A stretch of 64,000 nt of DNA, from positions 9,029-73,028 of the forward strand of contig QGNM01000002.1 of the NCBI GenBank assembly GCA_003228095.2, given 5' to 3'. The position numbers and the translations under genes were made by a program. Under the pieces are notes generated by a model. That model had not been told where the DNA came from, did not search any database, and saw only the letters and a program-made list of their open reading frames with translations. Source of the DNA: Chloroflexota bacterium (GTDB lineage: Bacteria > Chloroflexota > Dehalococcoidia > Lucifugimonadales > UBA2962). Of the stretch, positions 58,229 through 64,000 are shown piece by piece; within the stretch, counting starts at the first letter, position 1; each line of letters begins with the position of its first letter.

Positions 58229-60475
58229 TTATTCCTCAGATACAAAGCGTTTAAGAACATTATTAGTTATTTTTGACACGTCATTATTGTAATTATTGTG
58301 AGATAAAGATCCACACCAAGATATGGACCCAGTTGAAAACACTGCTCCATTATTGGGCCCTTCATAATAAACCATATCACCTCTAACCAATGGGTTTACT
58401 GTACCGCCTTGCATTCCATCATTTAGTAACACCTCTTCAATCACATGTTGGTACACATCAGAGAATCCATCTGTTGTTGCTAAAACGAGAGCGTGAGGAG
58501 GGGTTCCAAGTTCGACGTCAGCTCTATCTATCTCAAAACCACCGGCACCGCCTTGCACCAATCCGTAGTTTCCGAATTCATCTCCTTCATCAACTCCTTC
58601 CATAATGAACGAAGCTCTTGGATCTTTACTTTCTTCTGACTTCCGATAGGGGTTAGAAGCATCAAATCCTTGAGAAGTAAATCCAACTCCAACTAGCTGC
58701 TGCGGAGGACGTCCTCTAAACCTCCATAGTCCTCCTAACTCACCAGTGCTTTGATGGTAATATTCTCCAGGAGCAGCTTCCCAAGCTTCGGTACCTCTGT
58801 GCCGCCTTACTTCTATAGAATGTGTAGAATCAGCTCCAAATGATGTGACCCAGTAATACCCATTCCCGCCTAGGTACATATGTCTACCGCCACCCACAAG
58901 ATACTCTTCTAGGTAATCCAGCATCTCTCCTGTCCAATATTCAGGATGAGATCCACTCACCACTACTTGATATCTATTTAACAGCTCTGTACCTTCTAAA
59001 TGTAAGTCTTCATCTGTAGCCACATCAAATTCATGTCCCATTTGTTCAAGCCAGTCAACTAGGTGTAGGTCTGCATTGAATTGGTGTGGAGCGCCTTTCA
59101 TATTGTCTAATAGAGGAAAAATATATTTGGGTCTCATGTTCAGAATAGGCCGAAGTCTAGATGAGTGAGCAACCCCGCTGCCATCTGTGTGGCGATCATA
59201 GAGGCTACGTAGTTTGTTATCAACCATGTACCGGTCTGAATCTGTATCAGGATGATTAAACTTTACTCCGGTATCATCGCTGAATAATGTTGCAAAATCT
59301 AGGCCATTATTAAGATGGAAGTTAGCGTATGCTAAATAACTATTTGTCGGCACTAAAAACAGAATTGGCGCGGTAGATGTTTTCTTTGGGGGACGTACAA
59401 AGAAAGGAATATAATCTTCACCATCATTTGATTTCAGACGTGCAGCGTAGACTCCACTACGCAAGTTTTCTGGTACTTTTAATTTAAAGCCTACCTCCCA
59501 TTCAGCATTGTCTAAGTGATCATCGTGGAAATGGACAGCACCATATAGTTCAGGTGCTATTTTGTAGTTTTGTTCTTGCCCTCTCCAAAGATGTCCGGTC
59601 ATTCCTCTATATGGTCTATTAATTACCCTCCCATTGTGACCGTTACCTGAGATATCATCTACATTTGAGTTTGAAAAATTCGTGGTAAATGTCCATGCGG
59701 CCACTAAGTTTCCTTCCCCGACTTCGTTAGCTGGCGCCTCACCTTTTAATCTATGTATTTCATCTTTAGTTAAAGCGCTGCTGTAAACTTTTGGGCTGTC
59801 TATTTTCCCGTTGTACTTAGCATCAATTAAAAACTCAGAATCTTTATTTTTGTAAGAGTGGGCTGCCATCATGAAAGGTGCGTCAGTTTTAGGGATTTTC
59901 ACAAATTCAACATTAGTTTTTGTTTGTGATAGAGATGGCTCGTTAGGCCAAATTGTAAGAGGGATTTGATAGATTGATACTTGTTTGTTTTCAGCATCAT
60001 AGCTGATTGCAGCAAAATACCAAACGCCATCTCTCATAGGAACATTTGATGATATATTTAAAGATTTTTTTGAATTTGCACAAACTAATCCTAAGCATCC
60101 ATTTTCTGTGATGACCATACGGTATCCAATAGAATCAGACCCTGACCATTTCCCAAGTATGGTTTGCTCTCGAAGCGTTGTTGTTGTTGGATATATCCAA
60201 GCTTGAAAAGTTAGACTTTCTGTAATATTTAGGTTTTCTGTATTCGGCACAGTCACATAAGATCCGTTTCTTATGTCCTGTACTTTTCCTGTATATTCTC
60301 CATCTATACTGGTCTTCACATATTCTTCTTTAAAGCCAGGCCCGTCTTGACTGGTATCTCCGTGAATTAAGCGAACTACATCTGCATGGTAAGTATCATT
60401 TTGACAACTGACCATAAACTCTATATTCTCACCTGGGTGTAGGCTTAGTTTGTTTGCATATCCAACGACTTTCAT
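58229..60475 (-). CDS. N,N-dimethylformamidase large (beta) subunit-like amidase with N-terminal LamG/concanavalin-like region
   Basis: 748 aa. From memory, colinear with DmfA2 over many blocks: VVRLIHGD..GPGFKEE, YNGKIDSPKVY, DYIPFFV.PP, NSYLAYAN, ADLHLVDWL, GSHPEYWT, GGAGGFEIDR and NNDVSKITNNVL. Confidence 0.7.
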   Translation of the reverse strand: MKVVGYANKLSLHPGENIEFMVSCQNDTYHADVVRLIHGDTSQDGPGFKEEYVKTSIDGEYTGKVQDIRNGSYVTVPNTENLNITESLTFQAWIYPTTTTLREQTILGKWSGSDSIGYRMVITENGCLGLVCANSKKSLNISSNVPMRDGVWYFAAISYDAENKQVSIYQIPLTIWPNEPSLSQTKTNVEFVKIPKTDAPFMMAAHSYKNKDSEFLIDAKYNGKIDSPKVYSSALTKDEIHRLKGEAPANEVGEGNLVAAWTFTTNFSNSNVDDISGNGHNGRVINRPYRGMTGHLWRGQEQNYKIAPELYGAVHFHDDHLDNAEWEVGFKLKVPENLRSGVYAARLKSNDGEDYIPFFVRPPKKTSTAPILFLVPTNSYLAYANFHLNNGLDFATLFSDDTGVKFNHPDTDSDRYMVDNKLRSLYDRHTDGSGVAHSSRLRPILNMRPKYIFPLLDNMKGAPHQFNADLHLVDWLEQMGHEFDVATDEDLHLEGTELLNRYQVVVSGSHPEYWTGEMLDYLEEYLVGGGRHMYLGGNGYYWVTSFGADSTHSIEVRRHRGTEAWEAAPGEYYHQSTGELGGLWRFRGRPPQQLVGVGFTSQGFDASNPYRKSEESKDPRASFIMEGVDEGDEFGNYGLVQGGAGGFEIDRADVELGTPPHALVLATTDGFSDVYQHVIEEVLLNDGMQGGTVNPLVRGDMVYYEGPNNGAVFSTGSISWCGSLSHNNYNNDVSKITNNVLKRFVSEE

Positions 60476-60712
60476 GATTCAATCCTTATTATTGTTAAAG
60501 TTAATAGAATTAATGAAATGTTAGCATTGATAATTTTATTTCGGTAATTTTTTATATGTTTTGATTGACTGGATATTACAAAAAATCGAATTCCATTGAA
60601 AAGATAATTTTAAGAGAGTACAAAAATTAACGAAGAATCTATTAAGAAACTTTTAGAGGCATACACTTTAGGTGAAGTAACTGCCGATGAAGTAATATCA
60701 AAGTTATCTTAT

Positions 60713-61381
60713 ATGCCTTACCAAGACCTTGGGTTTGTTAAAGCAGACCATCATAGAGAACTGCGCACAGGATTCCCAGAAGTTATTTTTGGGCAAGGTA
60801 AAACAACTGAACAGGTTGTCAGTATTTCAAATGAGATACTCAAGTTCAGTAAACGATTAATGATCACGCGTGCATCAGATGAAATGTATTTTGAAGTAAA
60901 AAAACTTTGCGCTTTAGCGCAATATCATCATGATGCTAAAGCCATAACTGTTGACATAAGGGGTTCTGTTCTTAAAGAAAAAGGCGTTTTAATTGTAAGT
61001 GCAGGAACATCTGATTTACATGTTGCAAAAGAAGCGCAGGCAATTGCGGAACTAATGGATTGTCAAGTTAAAATGTTAATTGATGTTGGAGTAGCTGGGC
61101 TTCATAGATTGCTGGACAATTTAGGTGAAATCAAAAAACATAAAGTCATCGTTGCAGTAGCGGGTATGGATGGAGTCTTACCTGCAGTAATAGCAGGGTT
61201 GGTTAAGGCTCCTGTTATAGCTGTGCCGACTAGCATAGGATATGGCGCAAGTTTTGAAGGGATAGGTCCTTTATTGACTATGTTAAATTCATGTGCCCCG
61301 GGGGTGTCAGTAGTAAATATTGATAATGGATTCGGCGCAGGATATTTGGCTGCGATGATCAATAAATCTATGAAGGATTAA
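60713..61381 (+). CDS. larB: LarB (pyridinium-3,5-biscarboxylic acid mononucleotide synthase). Coordinates are the minimal ORF from the first ATG
   Basis: DLGFVKADHHRELRTGFPEVIFGQGKT followed by a PurE-like domain (IVSAGTSDLHVAKEA...VAVAGMDGVLPAVIAG). The reading frame is open and LarB-like back to 60614 with no canonical start, so the true start is probably ATT at 60626 or 60641. Confidence 0.8.
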   Translation: MPYQDLGFVKADHHRELRTGFPEVIFGQGKTTEQVVSISNEILKFSKRLMITRASDEMYFEVKKLCALAQYHHDAKAITVDIRGSVLKEKGVLIVSAGTSDLHVAKEAQAIAELMDCQVKMLIDVGVAGLHRLLDNLGEIKKHKVIVAVAGMDGVLPAVIAGLVKAPVIAVPTSIGYGASFEGIGPLLTMLNSCAPGVSVVNIDNGFGAGYLAAMINKSMKD

Positions 61382-61390
61382 AAAAGTAAT

Positions 61391-62236
61391 ATGAAAGAGA
61401 GAGTACTTGGCAATATAGACACAATCTCCTTTTCTGTTATAAAACCTTTTGGGATTTTGCCGGATGAAATGACGTATGGAGGGGTCAGTGCATGTTGCGT
61501 TGACTCTAAAGACAGAGTGTATGTTTTAAGAAGGTCTGACCCGCCCATTATAGTTTTTGACCGTGAAGGCAAGTTTTTGGATTCTTTTGGGCATGGAAAG
61601 GTAATAGAAGGTCACGGAATGTCCATATCATCTAATGATGAAATTTGGATAACTGATAAAGATGGCCATGTGGCACTTAGGTTTAGCACCTCAGGTGAAC
61701 TCACTATGCAATTAGGAAATTATGGAAGACCTAAATTACAAGATCCTTTTTCCCATCCATCTGATGTTGCAGTCCATAGAAATGGTGATATTTATATATC
61801 TGATGGATATGGAAATTCTAGGATTCATCATTTTTCATCGGATGGAAAATTAATAAAAAGCTGGGGCAATCCGGGAAGTGGTCCGGGCGAGTTTACAGTT
61901 CCTCATGCGTTAGCTTTTGATAGTAAAGATAGATTGTTTGTATGTGATCGTGAAAATTACAGAATTCAGATTTTTAACTTAGATGGTAATCTCCTTGATA
62001 TTTGGTCCGATCACTACAAACCAATGGATATATACATTGATAAAAAAGATAGGATATTTATCACAGATCAAGTTCCGAGAATATCTGTGTTAGATACTCA
62101 CGGTAAGCTAATTGCACGAGGTTTGCATCGAGGGCATGGAATATGGGGCGATTCAGAGGGAAACATCTATTCCTGTTGGCCTCAACCAAGTTCAAGTCCA
62201 GTTGTAAAATTAAAATTAAAGAATTCTGGTTCTTAA
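61391..62236 (+). CDS. NHL-repeat beta-propeller, peptidyl-alpha-hydroxyglycine alpha-amidating lyase (PAL)-like
   Basis: Blocks align with rat PAL from memory: EGHGMSIS, HPSDVAV...YISDGYGNSRIHHFSSDGK...WG, PGEFTVPHALAF, and LFVCDRENYRIQIF. The three zinc His, the catalytic Tyr and the Arg positions look conserved. Confidence 0.7.
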   Translation: MKERVLGNIDTISFSVIKPFGILPDEMTYGGVSACCVDSKDRVYVLRRSDPPIIVFDREGKFLDSFGHGKVIEGHGMSISSNDEIWITDKDGHVALRFSTSGELTMQLGNYGRPKLQDPFSHPSDVAVHRNGDIYISDGYGNSRIHHFSSDGKLIKSWGNPGSGPGEFTVPHALAFDSKDRLFVCDRENYRIQIFNLDGNLLDIWSDHYKPMDIYIDKKDRIFITDQVPRISVLDTHGKLIARGLHRGHGIWGDSEGNIYSCWPQPSSSPVVKLKLKNSGS

Positions 62237-62257
62237 TCATATTTAAAAGGATTATTA

Positions 62258-63424
62258 ATGAAGATAACCGATATTAAGACAACTCTATTATCTTTTCCGA
62301 TACCTGAGGAAAAACGATGGCGTACTGATTTGGGAGTTGCAACTAAATCAGACAACTGCCTAATTCATGTTGACACCGATTCTGATATATCAGGGGTCGG
62401 TATCGGATATGGTAATCCGGAAGTCATTAAATCGATTGTTGAGACTCAATTAAAACCTTCACTCCTTGGCGAAAACCCGTTATATGTTGAAGGTCTTTGG
62501 GAAAAAATGTACAGCGGTTCACGTGGGATACCAAGCTTAAACAGAGGAGTTTCTCAACCGTCGTTTAGTCGGCGTGGTGATACACTCTGCGCGATTGCTG
62601 GTATTGATATCGCATTATGGGATATTTTGGGAAAATTTTTTGAAAAGCCAATCTATCAAATTCTTGGTGCCTCTAGACACAGAATTAGAGCATATGCATC
62701 TGGAGGATGGGCTCCAGGAGTAGAAGCAGGAGAAGAAATGGCAGGCTATGCTGCTAAAGGCTTTAGCGCGGTAAAAATGAGGGCTGAAGGTATAGATGGA
62801 TTCTCGCTTACAAAGCTTAGAACTAGAGTTGGATCTGCACGAAAAGCTTTAGGCCCAGATATTGAGTTAATGGTAGATGCACATGGATCCTTTGATGTTT
62901 CTACTGCAAAAAGAGTAGCAAAAATACTAGAGGAGTTTGACATAGCTTGGTTTGAGGAGCCGGTATCTTATGATGACCATATTGGACAAGCTGAGGTGAG
63001 GAAAAGCACAATAGTTCCAATTTCTTCTGGAGAAAGTGAGTCTACTCGTTTTGAAATTCTTGATTTGCTAAGAAATAGGTCTGTTGACATTGTTCAACCT
63101 GATGTAGCGATGTCCGGTGGTATAACAGAGAATCGAAGAATTGCAGCTCTCGCTGGCACGCATAACATTCGATATGCTCCACATGTATGGGGAAGTGGCG
63201 TTACATTTGCAGCTAGCATCCACTTAGCAATGCATGCACCAAACTGTTTTATTTTTGAAGTTTCTCAAAGCAATTCCCCTTTAAATTGGAAATTATTCGT
63301 CGAACCGTTCGAAATAAAAGATGGGTATGTATATGCTGCTGACCGCCCAGGGCTAGGATTTACCCTTCAAGATGGGTTAGAAAAACTATACCCTTTTCAA
63401 AAGGGACCGAGTTACATTTATTAA
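62258..63424 (+). CDS. Enolase-superfamily enzyme (mandelate racemase / muconate lactonizing enzyme family)
   Basis: KMRAEG, metal ligands in VDAHGSF, FEEP and the SGES region, and VDIVQPD. N-terminal capping domain plus barrel length. Confidence 0.85.
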   Translation: MKITDIKTTLLSFPIPEEKRWRTDLGVATKSDNCLIHVDTDSDISGVGIGYGNPEVIKSIVETQLKPSLLGENPLYVEGLWEKMYSGSRGIPSLNRGVSQPSFSRRGDTLCAIAGIDIALWDILGKFFEKPIYQILGASRHRIRAYASGGWAPGVEAGEEMAGYAAKGFSAVKMRAEGIDGFSLTKLRTRVGSARKALGPDIELMVDAHGSFDVSTAKRVAKILEEFDIAWFEEPVSYDDHIGQAEVRKSTIVPISSGESESTRFEILDLLRNRSVDIVQPDVAMSGGITENRRIAALAGTHNIRYAPHVWGSGVTFAASIHLAMHAPNCFIFEVSQSNSPLNWKLFVEPFEIKDGYVYAADRPGLGFTLQDGLEKLYPFQKGPSYIY

Positions 63425-63451
63425 GGTTAAAGTCAAATAAGCCCTCATAGT

Positions 63452-63559
63452 ATGAAGATGTTTAACGGGAAATTACCCTGGATTATCGCTGGAGTATTGG
63501 GAGTCCTTGTCTTACTTGCTTATATTATGGTGTTGATGTCGAGTGAAGTTAATGCCTAA
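63452..63559 (+). CDS. Small single-TM protein (35 aa), not in the ORF track
   Basis: Hand-translated as MKMFNGKLPWIIAGVLGVLVLLAYIMVLMSSEVNA. Its stop overlaps the next in-frame ATG (ATGCCTAA). Confidence 0.3.
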   Translation: MKMFNGKLPWIIAGVLGVLVLLAYIMVLMSSEVNA

Positions 63560-63671
63560 AGCACAGTGGCTTATTGGAGCCATATTATTTCTAGCGTTTA
63601 TTGTTATATTTCTGCAAAGAGTCTATATGACGAGATATACTGCCATTTTAAAAATAATTAAGGAGAATGAA

Positions 63672-64000
63672 ATGCCAACTATTAATATTTCATACAAAGT
63701 ACCTTCTGCAAATGCATCGGAAGTTGAAGATGCCCTTCAAGCTCATGCTGAACATATGAGGGCGAGCTATACTGCTGACAATCCAAGAGGAGACAACCCG
63801 CTAGATGCTTACTTTACAAAGGCTGAGGAGTTAAATAACCCCACAAGCCCAGCAGATGGGACAACAGGCAATATTATATTCACGCTGAATGAAAAGTGGA
63901 GTCAAGTAGAGCATATTCAAGCACATATAGGTAGAACTTTAGAAGCATCTCATGCCGAGAAATTCATAGCTGCTATGCAAGCTTATGGAACTGTTTCGGT
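63672..64000 (+). CDS. Hypothetical protein, 3'-truncated by the window end
   Basis: Open frame to the end of the window. ATG at 63672 is preceded by AAGGAG at 6 nt. Translation starts MPTINISYKVPSANASEVEDALQAHAEHMRASY.... An alternative upstream in-frame ATG at 63552 would add a TM helix. Confidence 0.55.
   Translation, partial: MPTINISYKVPSANASEVEDALQAHAEHMRASYTADNPRGDNPLDAYFTKAEELNNPTSPADGTTGNIIFTLNEKWSQVEHIQAHIGRTLEASHAEKFIAAMQAYGTVS

Overview
AT-rich, gene-dense chromosomal segment of about 60 CDS. I found no rRNA, tRNA, CRISPR array, transposase or integrase by eye. Most of it is ordinary housekeeping and central metabolism:

- dnaJ-prmA, der-plsY-gpsA, and a pantothenate operon.
- Two 2-oxoacid dehydrogenase clusters, one carrying lpd and the other lipB.
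- thyX, the co-directional run gyrB-cysK-ligA-recF, tag and fmt.
- A cobalamin riboswitch in front of a btuFCD-like importer.

The last third is accessory and catabolic. It holds an amidohydrolase, a crotonase, a family III CoA-transferase, a class III aminotransferase, SDRs, larE, an N,N-dimethylformamidase large-subunit homologue, larB, a PAL-like NHL lyase and an enolase-superfamily enzyme.

This gene content, together with an LPXTG sorting signal and an LprG/P55-like lipoprotein-MFS pair, fits a monoderm-type marine Chloroflexota (SAR202-like) genome. That assignment is low-confidence inference.

Best candidates for something undescribed:
1. An 8.7 kb four-gene module at 42479-51151. It has two tandem giant (1231 and 1120 aa) double-FtsX permeases and two different MacB-type ATPases, one with an AbrB-like tail.
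2. The larE / DMFase-like / larB / PAL-like / enolase cluster at 57376-63424.
3. Two genes (recF, larB) whose conserved N-termini lie upstream of any ATG/GTG/TTG, implying ATA/ATT initiation.
4. A 50-bp direct repeat of an SDR gene tail that brackets a two-gene insertion.

Nothing here could be checked against databases. All family calls rest on motifs read from the supplied translations.
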